The notes under the pieces were generated by a model that worked only from the letters and a program-made list of their open reading frames with translations, had not been told where the DNA came from and did not search any database. The position numbers and the translations under genes were made by a program. From Eledone cirrhosa (taxonomy: Eukaryota), in the NCBI GenBank assembly GCA_964016885.1, contig OZ024746.1, positions 44,082,001 through 44,146,000 on the forward strand: 64,000 nucleotides of DNA. Direction: 5' to 3'. Numbering within the stretch: the stretch's first letter is position 1; each line of letters begins with the position of its first letter. Shown piece after piece: positions 50,134 to 63,588 of this stretch.

Positions 50134-50639
50134 ATATTTTACACCTGCTAATTTATACATATTATATCTTGGAGTGAAAGTATATCAAAATTCTATTGTA
50201 CCACTCATCTAATTGGTGATGCTTACAGAAGTAACTTCTTTCTGTTGGTTGAACTGTTATCTCTGTGGGATCCTATACTTGAAATTTATGGCATGAAGGT
50301 AAAAAAGTGATAGAGGGAGAAAATAGATCGCATGCAAATTATTTATCAGTTCGGTTTATTTCTCTCATCTGTTTTGCTTTTGAAACATACTTTCTGAAAG
50401 ATCAAATGCAAAATATTATTCAATAATAATAGCTGAAGTACAAGATTGTACACATGTCAAATGGACAAGATTTATCATGCACTATCTTCAATGTATAGAT
50501 TGTGCATTTACGATTGAAGAAAGATTTCTGTTTTGAAGACTGTTGTGTGAAAAGTTCTGAGATGGCAAACTTAAGAAGAAACATCAAGGAAAATCGGCAG
50601 CCTGATCCTGGAAGACAAGGAACCAATAGAACAACAAAA

Positions 50640-51250
50640 GAGCTAATATGGGAGCGAAATATAAAGGAAATTAAAGGATATCATTTAATGAAAATTATCT
50701 GTTATGTTGTCACTATGCGGATGTTATACATTGACTTTATATGGCCTGTATTCAGAGGAGTGTTACACTGAAAATGTTAGCTTTTTCAAAAATATCAAAA
50801 GTGCCTATAATCCTTTTCCTCTAATTAAAAAAATAAGTAAATTTTAACACACACAGGCTTTCAATCATTGCATTATATGTCAACTACTGAGTGGTCAACA
50901 ACATTCGATAGAGTGAAATCATTTGTATCAAATTTAAATGGTATTAAATTGACCCTGCAAAATGTTCTGAAAATTAATTACATAAGGACCAGAATTGAAT
51001 TTGCAGAAGAATACATATTCTTCAGATGCATGCTCATGTCATTGAATTAGTTCAACATTCTTTTCCCAATAATAACTGTAACATAGTATTACAGGCAAAA
51101 GATGCCACTGTCGATATTGAAGTGGAAAACATTGAAAGGATCATAGAAAATTTGCACAAACATCAAGATCAATTTGACTCTCTGATGCGACTGAATTTTA
51201 AAACATATCACTAACAGTATGCGAAGAGAGATTAAATTACAAGCAAATGA
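50640..51250 (+). pseudogene. hAT (Tip100/ZMYM1-like) transposase remnant
   Basis: Translates to GANIK, LCGCYTLTLYG, SLHYMSTTEWSTTFDRVKSF and NIVLQAKDATVDIEVENI, matching the GANM, C..H.LNL, S.TRWS and S..LQ....D motifs. Confidence 0.7.
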
Positions 51251-51251
51251 A

Positions 51252-51287
<36 letters not shown>

Positions 51288-51309
51288 TACACATATAGAA
51301 TTAAAAGGG

Positions 51310-51730
51310 CTGAGTGTAAGCTTAGAAAAAAATAAAGGTAAGCAAGAAAGATGACAGGAACCTGATTCCATCGGGGAAATGGCCCTACTCAATATGCAGA
51401 AACTCTATACAATGTACACATGAGGTATAGTATCATAGCAGGCAATCTTTGTATGTACCAGATGCATAGGGGTAATCGGCAAGAAGTGCAACAATGATAT
51501 AAACCTTTTTGAATCACACAAAGGATCCATATAAGAGATTGGTAGCTTCTGCTACCTAAGTGACTTAAGGCATTTGAGAGCATAATAGAATAAGGATAGG
51601 ATGGATGAAGTTTAAAAAGCTCTCTGTTGATAACAAAAGGTTTCTCTATGTACAAAAGGATGGCTTTATAACATCTGAGTGCGAAGTGCAATACTGGACA
51701 GTGACAGCAGAGGACATGCATATGCAAGCT
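51310..51730 (+). mobile_element. RTE LINE fragment (Cys-rich insert + thumb)
   Basis: Translates to SGKWPYSICRNSIQCT, FVCTRC, GSFCYLSD, RIRIGWMKFKKL and WTVTAEDM. Confidence 0.75.
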
Positions 51731-52227
51731 TTGATGAGAGCGATAGAGGGGGGGAGGGCAGAAAAAGAGAGAGAGAGAAAGAGAAAGAGAGAGAATGATA
51801 AAGAGAGACAAAGAGAAATAGAGAGAATGAAAGAGAGATGAGAGAGAGAGAACGCAAGAGAGAATCTGTCCAGTGATGAAAACCAAACAAAGAATCGTGA
51901 CATGTTCAGCTAGATATATTAATATGTCAAATTTCTGACATATTTCTGTTTTAATTAGCTTAATGGAAGCAACAAAGCCCAAACTATGTATAATACAGAA
52001 TGATTTGCACATCTTAAGATAACATAACTATGGAAGTCTTGTTTAGTTTTGTGTACCATTGTGCAGTGTAAAAGAAGTTCATGAGGGAGTATATTTTGAA
52101 AGTGTTACTCAAGTGGTGGATGGACATTATATATATATATATATATTACACACATACACATATATATGAATTTTCATAAAATTGTAATATATATATATAT
52201 ATATATATATAAATATATATATATTAG

Positions 52228-52480
52228 AATATGGAGCTAACTGACCTGGGATGTACAGACCACATGATGGTCAGTCAGCAGTCTAGCAGATAAAAAGTTC
52301 TCAACGATCTGTATAAATGGTACCAGCCAGAGCATTATATAGCATTACAAAGACTGGAGGCCATAATCAGTTGAACCATGTTTATTTCAAACTTTGTATA
52401 CATATTTGCCCGAGGTCTATCAATTATGATAGTCTGAACACTTCAGACAGCAAAACATGAAAACTTGAAAACATTAAAAC
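52228..52480 (-). mobile_element. Second copy of the hammerhead-bearing repeat (degenerate core 52399-52446)
   Basis: The reverse strand reads CTGAAGtG-ttcag-actatc-ataatt-gatag-acctcgggc-AAA-tat-GTA, then aaataaac..tcaactg..tatataatgctc..gtaccattta.acag.tcgtt as at 34667-34755. It ends at a (TA)n tract. Confidence 0.7.
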
Positions 52481-52589
52481 TTACTAAAAAAAGTTTGAAT
52501 CTGAAAAAAATGGAAAAGCTCTGAAAATATTTTCCGAATATGTGGAGGTTCTTTATTCACTAGCCAGCCACTATATGAACCCCTACAAC

Positions 52590-52740
52590 TATAGCTCATG
52601 GTCATATGCCTTTTTAAAGTCGACAAAACAAGCATATACCTCTTGGCATAACTTCCACGATTTCTTGAAGACCTGCCGCTGAGTGAATATTTGGCCAGCT
52701 GTACTGTGTCCAAGGTGAAAACCACACTGTTCACCCTATG
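52590..52740 (-). mobile_element. RTE-clade RT fragment (different subfamily)
   Basis: Reverse frame GEQCGFHLGHSTAGQIFTQRQVFKKSWKLCQEVYACFVDFKKAYD. Confidence 0.85.
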
Positions 52741-54554
52741 CATATAATGAAACTGACAAACAAATATTTACCTCAAATTGTTAATATTTTTACCAGATTT
52801 AATGTGTTTAGCTGTCAGTTCTACTAATATCCATGTGAGGAGAGTGGCTATTATTTTGTGATTTTTCTATAAAGCTTCGTATTTTATACCTAGTTTTATC
52901 TCAGCAGTTCAACAGAAGCAAAACAAATTTATATAGTTAATGAATGTTTACCACATTTCTTTTAGAAGCAGAAATAAAAAATTCATTACATTAAACAATT
53001 TCATAGTTTATTTTAAATTGTAGGTGGAACTCATTCCTCTTTCACGCAAAAGTAAGGGAACACTGTTTCCACAGCACTACACCACTGCTTGTAAATTATA
53101 TAAAGTTCTATATGATTAGCTACTATACAGACATTTATGCATGTCTTCTTTTGTTAGAGGAGTAATCATAACATTTTTGACAAAGGTAGTTCAGTACCAT
53201 AATTTCTATGACAGTTAGCAATCACCTTTATAATATAAGGATTATAGTTTGTAGCCAAATCACTATTTTGTCTTATCTTTACGTAATATAATCACTTCCT
53301 GCCAGTATGCCAATAATAATTGCAATGTATTTGTCATTCAGTTTGTTGTGTACAAAGTGATTGTCAGCTTGTATTTGGAAACTCCAAATATTCTTGATAT
53401 TATCTAATCATAAGGAAACAACATGTCTGCAGAAATATCACTAAACTTGCTTTAGAAACCATATATATTGGTTGGCATCCTATAGTCAGACACATTACTA
53501 ACTTCTGATTTCAATAAATGGGAACTGAACTACTCTATAATTAAATAACACAATCATCCAATCACTATCCCACTATCTTTAGACATTTCTAATACAACTT
53601 TGGTACTGGTTTATCAATATTGGTTTAGAATTACATGAAGATTTTTTAATAGTGAAATAAGTTTATTAACTTGTTACCATACTTCTAATGAATGGCACTT
53701 GACTATGTTGGACATATTTTAATATGAATTCAAAAGATTTTAAGCAGATTTCTTCTTTTGGTTTCAAATAATTTATGTTTTCCGGCAATTAGTTCTACAA
53801 CTTTGATATCAGTTTAAATTGTAGTTGTAGTGAGTGGAGGAGTGTGTGTGCAACTTATTGACTTATAGACTAAACATTTGATGATGCACAGAAAACAAAA
53901 GCTCTGACTAGCCAATGGAAAGTCTCTAAAGTCTCATAATTCATTATGACCAAACATTAAGAACTACAAGTATAGTATTTTAGTTTCTAAACTACAATTA
54001 TTTACACCATATTTATCAACAACTATGAACAGGTTTACAAAATAAACTTTGGGTCTGTAAATTAGCCAATGAAGAGAGTATAAAATGTACCTATATATTT
54101 TTCCATAATGACTCAACCTATAGATTTTGTTCAAAGATGTTGAATTAGGAAATTAACTGTGTTAATATATATATATATATAAACTAGACATCATCATCAT
54201 CACCATTTAACATTTATAAGCTGGGTAAAATATCTCACCAGCATCGTTTACAAATAATACAAAAATATGAACTACATGTTAGCCAACCTTCTTTCAGTTC
54301 ATATAACATCACAACAAATATCTCCAAAAGACAAACTTCAGAAAGCAGCACCTAAAGTTACAGATAAAAAAAATTGTTACAAATACAGAAAACTTGCCTT
54401 GCCATGGGCACAGGCTGAAGCAAACATCTAGCATGCACTACTTTCCCCTACCTTCCCTCCTTCCATACATCTCCCACATCCTAACATTCTATCCATGTCC
54501 TAACACCCCAACCTTCAACGGATAAGTGCTCTACCCTAGATCTACCTCTCCATG

Positions 54555-54834
54555 CACCTCCCCAGTCCACACTGTAAAGTGGTCGTGTTGTTGACATGTC
54601 AAAAAGTACCCAGCCACACTGTAAAGTGGCCGTTTTGGTACCATGATAAAAAGCACCCATTGCTCCTTGTAAATGTGGTTGGCATTAGGAAGGTCATCCA
54701 GCCATAGAAACCAAGCCAAAGTCAATTCTGTATGAGCAATACATGGTGATTTGGTCTGGCTTGTTTCACAATGGGACAACTCATCTAACCCATACTAGCA
54801 TGGAAAAATGAATGTTAAACGGTGATGATGATGA
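54555..54834 (+). mobile_element. RTE 3' UTR/RTE-tailed SINE segment (related pieces at 22575-22705, 39612-39900, 46870-47065, 58830-58970, 60270-60490, 63690-63970)
   Basis: Contains cccagtccacactgtaaagtgg modules, ggttggcattaggaagg.catccagcc and the cccatactagcatggaaaaatgaatgttaaacggtgatgatg tail. Confidence 0.8.
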
Positions 54835-55096
54835 ATAGATTTTATTTTTAAAATCATTATAAACAGTGCTTCAGTTAATGTAATAGTAAAAGTGTTTTTT
54901 ATGAATATTAAATAAATTAGTTATTTTATTTCACATAGTAAGTTTGATGCCCAAAATGTAGAGCATTCACACTAAACATGTATTTACATGGCTGTAGCCA
55001 TAATGGATAAAATCATCTAACAAAAACTACCTTGAAGATAAAATTCTATGAACATGGGAGGCAACTGCCCTCCCATACATGGAAATATATAGAAAA

Positions 55097-55281
55097 ATAA
55101 TTGTTTCTACTTTTGGCACAAGGCCAGTAATTACCCCAGTGCATTACTGGTACTTTATTTTATCGACCCCGTAAGGATGAAAGGCAAAGTTAACCTCGGC
55201 GGGATTTGAACTCAGAATGGCAAGGGCCGTAACTATGCGTCAAAGCATGGCATCTGACCCTCTACCGATACTGCCAATCCA
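55097..55281 (-). mobile_element. Young tRNA-derived SINE, 32131 family (further copies 56052-56225, 60121-60245, partial 63968-64000)
   Basis: Near-identical to 32125-32308. Confidence 0.9.
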
Positions 55282-55309
55282 TACCTTCAGCTATGATAAT
55301 ATGGACTTG

Positions 55310-55547
55310 TTAGAATGTTTAAGGGAAAATCTACAGACAGATTTTATGTGATAAACTAACTGGCAGGAGACCCAATTAGTAGCCCCAGAGAAAGATGTTT
55401 GGATAACATCCATGAGGTCAGCTCATCTCACTTAGGGATCCAGCTGGATCAATTGGTGGTGGTTGCAATTGACATGACCTGCTGGAAGGCATGCGTGAGG
55501 AGTCTACTCCCTCAAGCTTCCAGAAATAAGTGGGCAAAGAAGAAGAT
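55310..55547 (+). mobile_element. LINE 3' end (RTE-like), same family as 2960-3130
   Basis: Translates to TGRRPISSPRERCLDNIHE..LGIQLDQL and is homologous to 2960-3130. Confidence 0.65.
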
Positions 55548-58500
55548 AAAGCATTCTATGAAGAATAATTCCATATAAAACAGCAAACCAATAAGGGAGC
55601 ATTTATGTGATTGCTTGACCTGCTCAAAACTGCAATTAACACTGCCCCCAATCCTTAAGTTATACCATACCATTGTTTTAACAGTATATCACCAATTATA
55701 TGAGATAATGTAATTGGTGATATATGTTTAGATATACTGATTGGATAGTCACAACTCGAAATGCCTGATTACAGCTCTACTCAGTCAAGCCACCAACATA
55801 ATACAGAAACCAAAGAACAGAAATGAAAATAATTTCTTACATATAACCAGAGCTTATAAAAATAAGAAATCAACAAATAGAGAAGATACTGCAAACACCA
55901 ATTATTTATATTGTCTGGCGATTTCTAAACTTAGTCAAATATGCAGTAGATTTCCTCTTGAAATATAATACGTGAATTCTACAAATCAAAGCTGGAAACT
56001 AAGTTATATAGAGACATTAACCAATAAATAAAACAAGCTCATGTAAACTAAAAATTGTTTCTACTATTGGCACAAGGCCAGCAATTACCCCATTGCATTA
56101 CTGGTGCTTTATTTTATTGATCCTGTAAGGATGAAAGGCAAAGCTAACCTTGGCAGCATTTGAACTCAGAACGTAATGGGCCATAACTATGCATGGTGTC
56201 TGACACTACTGATACTGCCAATCCAATAATGGCAAACCATCTGTATGCAATCATTAATGATGAGAATAGAAAACTATAATTTCTACTTAGAAAATTCCTT
56301 AGAAAGAGATTGAGGAATTATCAAAGAATAAGGATCAAAATATAAATTTTATGTTGGGAATTGAGTTATAAATAGAAATTAGAGAAATGAAACTAATTTA
56401 CAAAGAACAAAATCATTGAAACGTATAGACACTACTAAAAATAGCTAACATAACTAGTTAAAAAATGAAAGCCTGCTGTATCACAAAAGCGTTAGTCCTT
56501 CATATTTCTGATGAATTTAGAACCCCCTATGGCTCATCGCAAGAACAGCAGATAAGAAATATTCCTATTCCTTTGTGATATACAAAAAGAAAATTTACTC
56601 TAGCTAAATAGATAATTCAATCAACCAGCAACATTGGAATATGGTAACATTGGAATACGTTATAACTTTGTTGCAGAAATTAACTTACTTCTGTCATGAT
56701 AATGCTTGAACAATCTAATAAAGCAATTCTGTAAGCCCTCAATATTTTTCCAAGTCTCTGATTCCATAAAAATATGCACAGCAGCAAATGCAATAGCAGC
56801 TTATAAGCTAAAGGAAAGTAACAGATAGTGAAAGAGAGTATGCCGGGAAAATCCACTAATAAAATTGAAAAACTAAATAAAGAAAAAATGGAAGCCATTT
56901 TATTTAGAACTGCAGGACTAAAATGTTTGTTTATCTTTATGAGGCATAAATTGTGTAAGTTATGTCTAATAACAATTGACATCTCCTGTCAAAACAGATG
57001 AGAATTACCACACAATCAAAAAAATTAAATATACAAAATATACTTAATACTAACGTCATATGTGACTCCCAGTTTATGGAAATGTTTTATGTAATACAAA
57101 TGCTTTATGAAGGACAATTCAAACTAATCCTTTCCTAAACAAATGATCAGCTTTTACTAACTCTCATCAATTAAAACAAGAGGAAAGGATACAACAATGA
57201 ACAATAGAATGAAATCAGAACCCTTATAAGACTACATGTTACCAAGAAATACCACTGCTAAATATGAAGGAGAAATTACCTGCTAAATTGTTTATTTTAT
57301 ATATAAAGATATCAGAACTATAAAGTAAATAGACTATAAATATACATTGAATACAATGAAGATAAATAATATAAGTAGTTGACCAGAAAATTTCTCCATC
57401 CTTGAAAACTCAAGAATTGTCATCATTTTACATTTGCATGGGTTGTACAAATATATATATACACAATGGGTCTTTTCATGATTTTTCTTCTACCTCTGGC
57501 TTTAAAATTAGAAACCATTTCATTTATATGACTAGTGCTAAATTTAATAAATAGGAGGGTTTCTAATGTTAAAACCAAATGAATATGATAACTATGCAGG
57601 AAATACAATTCCATGAATAGGTAACAAATTTATTAATGTTTCCTGTGAAAAACTGATGCCTTAAGGAGTTGAGAAATTTATCTCTCCTATTCTTAATGCA
57701 ACTGGATTTGAATTTAAACATCAGCTTTATGATCCTGATCGTTCAACCAAAATATAAAGATTTAGTGAAAGATTTAAAGTAATTCTAGTAAATAGCATAC
57801 ACATAATTACAGTATCTAAAGAGATTTAATCATGGAATCAGTTTAAATTGATTAATTAACTGGGAAAATTTGGAAGGATATGAGTAAATAGAAAAGTTTA
57901 CATTTAGTATAATAGAAATAGCTTTTCCTCCAATTGTAAATGTTTACATTGCTTTATATTAATGTCAACCAGTATTGATTATAAATTCTTAATATTTCCT
58001 TTGGAAATACTGGTTCCCTTTAACTTTTTTCTTTTTGTAATTATTTCTTCCAATTTCATAAATGCATGCAAACTTTAAAAATTGTAATTAGTGACATGCG
58101 ATTTTTTTAATGAAAAATTAAACAACTTACATGCAACATAAAATTATTTTATATTTTTATAGAAAATTTACTTTTATTACATTCATTTTTAGATAGAGAA
58201 TATATTTTGTATCTTTTTTTTTTTAAAATTAAATTGAGGCTGGTGCCATATCATGAGAGTTAACCTAAATGGCAACAAAGGTCTGATTCAAATTTAGAAA
58301 TGCATGTTTACATTAGGTTGATAATGCTCATATTGAAGAATGAACACATTTCAGTTGATATTCCCATTCCAATCTGAGATCTTTAGGATTATTGACTTTA
58401 AATTGTATGCATACAAAGAGAGTGAAGAATATCTAAGTTTAAATTAAAAAGGAGCATGTTTTCAGACAGATAATAATTATTGATGACATATGTGTAAGTT

Positions 58501-58651
58501 TTATATTCACAGGATTTTAAAGATTCTGCATCAATGTAAATATTTATTTTGCCTCGTCTGATCCCTCAGGCTCAATCATCCTAATTTAAAGTTACTGCTT
58601 TTAAACTACTAATACCATAGTTAGCTAAGTTTGACTATCCACTAATATCAT

Positions 58652-58830
58652 TTGTTGTGATGGAGTTGGGAGTTGTGGGCATCACAGGAGATGTAATACC
58701 GCCTCACATCTTTCCTCAGAGCTTAAAGGTCAATGCTGCAGATTATAAGGTGTTGGAGAGGGTTGTGAGGCCTTGGATAAAAAGCACAAGCAAGGAAAGG
58801 CTGTACACCTAACAACAAGACTCTCCACCA
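58652..58830 (+). mobile_element. maT (DD37D)-like transposase fragment
   Basis: Translates to VMELGVVGITGDVIPPHIFPQSLKVNAADY and VLERVVRPWI...YT*QQDSPP (cf. VMVLGVVS..GDVMPPHFF..GL.VN...Y, QQDSAP). Confidence 0.8.
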
Positions 58831-61800
58831 ATGTGGTTACCAGCCATAGAAACAAAACTAGAAACAGTTATGTATGAGCAAAACACAATTACCTGACCTG
58901 ATTTGTCTCAATGTGACAACCCATCTAACCCATGCAAGCATGGAAAATAGATGTTAAACAGTGATGATTATGATCTTCCACATCTTTACCCATATATTCT
59001 TCATTTTATTATTGCTTAAATGAATTTTTTATGTTAATCACCGGTGTATGCAATACAGTATGTGCACCTCACTAACAGCTAGTAGGACCAATGTTTCACC
59101 AATACCATGTGACAATCTGAAATTGGTAACTAGTAACAAAATTGTTTAAGATGCACATAACTTATCGTTGTCTTGCACTGATCCTGATGAAATCATACTT
59201 AAAGTCAGCTGTTTATAAAATAAGTCCTGAAGTGTTTTTAAATAAATCTTTACATGCTGTGTTAACATGAATATATTTAAAGTTTCATTGATTTGTTGAA
59301 AACCATTTTTGGTAAGTCAAGCACACTGATGATATCTTGCTTATAGGTGATGGAACAAAGCCATGTCTAAAATATTAAATATTGTGTGACTGATACTTCT
59401 TCATTGGCTCTGCTTTGGTTATATCTATTAAAAACTGTTTCTATTGATATATATATTATTTTATTTATATTATTCAGTAAGACAGATGACAGTTTCACAA
59501 GCAATTCCTAATTTATACTTTGTCTGTTTCCTCTCTCATAGGCTTTGCCTCCCAATTTCCCATACCTTCTAGTGCCAAAGGTCTCATAGAATCCACTTTC
59601 GAAATCAATGATGTTGAAACTTCTTTAGAGAACACAAAGATACATGTCTTCAGAGAGTTAGTGGGAGAGGAGGTAATGTTATGCAACAACACACCAGGTG
59701 ATATGTACCAATATAAAAGTTGAGAGGAGGACTTAGAGGTAAAGGATCAGTAGGAAGCAATGGAAGGCAAGGGCTGGTGAGAGATGAAAGAGTATATATA
59801 TATATATATATTATTTCTTCAGAGTGATGCCTAGTGTAACAGATAATGTGATTTACTTCTCTTTCCTCTTTCAGTGGGGTGGTTGGTGTAAAATGTGGTG
59901 TGAGGAAGGGATTGCACCTTCGTTACATATATAGATATACTTAAATTTCATTATAATAAATTTATCATTCAATATAAATCATAAGCCCATATTTTGTCAG
60001 TTTGTACAATATGTATGAACTTGTAATCCCTGGTGGTGTTATAGAGGCACTATCATGACATACAACATTTCTTGTTTATTTTAAACCTGGTGAAGTCCAT
60101 CTCCACTTCAGGTCTTGAAGAATCGACCCCAGTACTGGACTGATACTTTATCAACCTCAAAAGAAAGAAAAGCAAAGTTGACTTTGGCTTGATTTGAACT
60201 CAGAACGCAGAGAGTCAAAATGAATACTGCAAAGCATTCTCCCTAATGTTTTATGGTTTAGGTAGTTTGTCCCATTTGAGGCGAATTGGGTTGGATGACT
60301 ATGTCTCGCTCGTATAGGACTGTTTTTAGCTGATTTTCTATGGCTGGATGCCCTTCCTAATGACAACCACATTTACAGTGTATGCTGGGTGCTTTTTGCT
60401 GCGTCTCCTACATGACCACTATAGTGTGGACTGGGTGCTACACGACCACTTTACAGTGTGGGCTGAATGTTTTGTGGTACCAACATAACTTACCATATAT
60501 ATCAACAAATAAATTTACTTTTTTCTTTTAGAATATTTAATATATCAGAGAAAATGGAACTGATTGACTTCATACTAGGGTTTGTCTAAGAATATCTAAG
60601 TTCTCTCCTGAAATAGCTAACGAAAATAAGACATTTTCATCTTACATTTTGTTCAGTCTAATCAATTTTAAGTATATTATCTTCAAAAACATTGAAGTAA
60701 GCAATATTCAGCCATATAGTATTTTTACGTGTATCTTTTAAATTTAATATCTTAACATCTGTTACTCTTATCTCAAACATCTTTGATATATTGTTTATTT
60801 AAGAATAATAAGAATACTAAAAATCTATGAAGAGCCTTGATAAATACCATACTGTATAGAGGTATATCCAAACACAGATGTGTTTCAATTCTTAAGTAAG
60901 TATTATACTGGAGTGGCCAACATCTGCAATGTGATGAGCCTTGTCCAAGTCATAGATTACAGAATAGTGAGATTTATCAGATGAATATCATTTATCTTAA
61001 TTTGATCTAAGATTAAATTATGGACAGCATAACAAAAAGGTTAAGAAGTCTGCATCAGTACCATGAGATCTCAGGTTTAGTTCCACTGCATAATATCATT
61101 TGCAAGTGTCTTTTTCGATAACCATGTGCCAGTCCAAGCCTTAGGAGTGAAATTAAGTAGATGGAAACTGCTTGAGAGCTTGTTGGATGGACAGTACCTG
61201 TAATTCAAAAGGACAATCTATCAAACAATGTCACACTGAATCCCCATGGGAACCCCATTGATACAAGTGTATGTGGAATACTCAGCATCTTACATGTTAA
61301 TTTAACATGTAGGTCATTTCAATGACTGAACAATTGAAAGACAATTTTTGGAAACCAATACAGGTCTATGCATATACTCAAATATAAGCGAGCCCCTATC
61401 ATATGTCTGAGCAAAGGGCAATAATCTTAACTCCATTTATAAGCTGAAGCAACTTAACAGATTATGTTTAGATGGCGTAGTTTTGAAATTCTCACGATTA
61501 TAAAAATATTTATGTCTAAAATGTTTTAAGTATCGTTTAGTGGATAGTTTTTGTTTCACAACTCCCATTACATAATGAGTATTTTGAAAGCAAAAAATCA
61601 AAAAAGAGAACTATGTAAATGGATTCATAGAGTAGAAGAGGGAGGGAGAGACAGTAAGTGAGAGAGAGGGGCAGAGTGAGAAGGGAGAGAGAGCAAGAAC
61701 AATAAAATAAAGTCAGAAGATTGAAAGAAAATGAGTGTGTGTATGTGTGTGAATGTGTGTATGTGTGAAAATGTGTATGCATGCACATGTGACATTTATG

Positions 61801-62041
61801 CATGAAACATTTTAAATTATAAACATTTTTTGGAAATATTTTCAAGGGAATACCAACAACGTGGTAGTAAATGTAGAAAAAGAGTGTTTCAGTTAAGATA
61901 TAGAAGTAGTACTCAAAGATGGTGCATATTAATATTGTTTTGATTTCATAATTATGCATGGTTAAAAATTAATCCATTACAATAGTAATTACTATAAATA
62001 TTTTTGTTTACATGGTTAAAGTTTGCAAGTGTTGTAAGATT

Positions 62042-62102
62042 ATTTATGGTTAGTCGTGTGTAGTGACATTTATGGTTAGCCGTGTGTAGTGACATTTATG
62101 GT
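62042..62102. repeat. Tandem duplication, 26-bp unit x ~2.3
   Basis: atttatggttag(t/c)cgtgtgtagtgac is repeated. Confidence 0.9.
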
Positions 62103-63535
62103 GAAGAAAAGAAATTTATGTTATGTTTTGTGGCATTGATCTGTAATAGGCCACACCATTTTTGACATGAGAGGACTTAGTTTAGTAATAGAATGACAGA
62201 GAGGTTAATAGTTTTGGTTGAAAATTAACAAAGATATGCATTGCAACACTTAAATTCCTTAAAGGAAGAGAAATGTTTTAAAACTAGAAAAATCAAAACT
62301 AAATGTTCATAATTAATTGGTATAGAAATGTCAAATATCTGTTTTGAATTACTTAAAATTGAGATATAACCATATACATCATGTACATTTTAGATAAAAG
62401 TTGGCTGTTGTGATTAGGCAGTGGCCAAAGATTAACAAAACTAATTTGAAGATAATATGAAATGGATGAGTTGTATTCACAATAATGAAGAAGTATTTCA
62501 GGAGGTTTATGTAGAATTCCATAATAAAGTATAATTTCAGATAAATCTTTCTTTACAAAGGAATTTTCTACTTCAGATCTTGTACTTTTTGTTGTAGAAG
62601 GGTGTGGGGTGAGATTTCTCAGGAAGACATTCATTTCCTTTTAGTCCCATTTACAATCCTAATGCATTTGGGAAATTTATAATCATACTGACTTCCTGTT
62701 TCACTGCATAAACTGTCAGGCATATGAGAAAATCATTAGTTGGAAGGTTTTAGCAAGTGATTCTTTGATCACATCAATTATATTGGTAAATAGATCATTT
62801 TCTTATTATACTGTCTTTCTTATACAGTAGATATAGTATTCTTATATTGAAATTCTGTATCCATAGCTGGTTTCTCTTTACTTTTATTTTCTTATTTTAG
62901 ATATGTAATTAATCACCTCTATCTTCATGTCTCATAAAGGGGACTAATAATTTTAATCTTCTATTTCTTTTTTTTTTTTGTTTCTTTTTTTTCTAGAAAA
63001 TTTAATAAAACAGTAAGTGAACTAGACTAAAATCTTCTCTTCCTACAGCTTTCATCAAAACTTACATTAAAAGAAACCTTTGGAGATTGATAAAAAGTCA
63101 TGCTTGGATTGATTCTTCTCTTTCAAATAAGATTTACTAGGAAGATTTGAAAATTTATCCTCATCTTTCAGTCCTCCTACAATCACCAGTATTCAGTCAA
63201 TATAGCAATCAGATTAGTTTAATCACTTCTAGAGGTAAAAAAAAGCCACACCATCATTGGAAAATAATTTAAGAAAAACCACTCTGTCTGCTATTTATAG
63301 ACAGATAAATCTATGTAGCAAAAACAGCAACGAAGAACATTATATAAAAAAAAAGAAGAATATAATATGCTTTAATGCATCTGAAGGAAGAGCATATAAT
63401 CCAATCAATTTGTTAACTGCATGGAATTTTATTCTGGGAGTTACTTCAGATATATCCTGGATTTTCAGTCTTCTCTTTACATAAGTACTTAGATACATAT
63501 TTTGCTACACTTCTTTCTCCACCCTTCTCTCTCTC

Positions 63536-63588
<53 letters not shown>

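Noticed and set aside
51389-52012. Longest ORF (207 aa, minus strand)
   Set aside because: It is antisense to an RTE remnant and a (GA)n tract, with no protein-like features.
59184-59210. ctgatgaa motif as a hammerhead core
   Set aside because: No stem II followed by GAAA.
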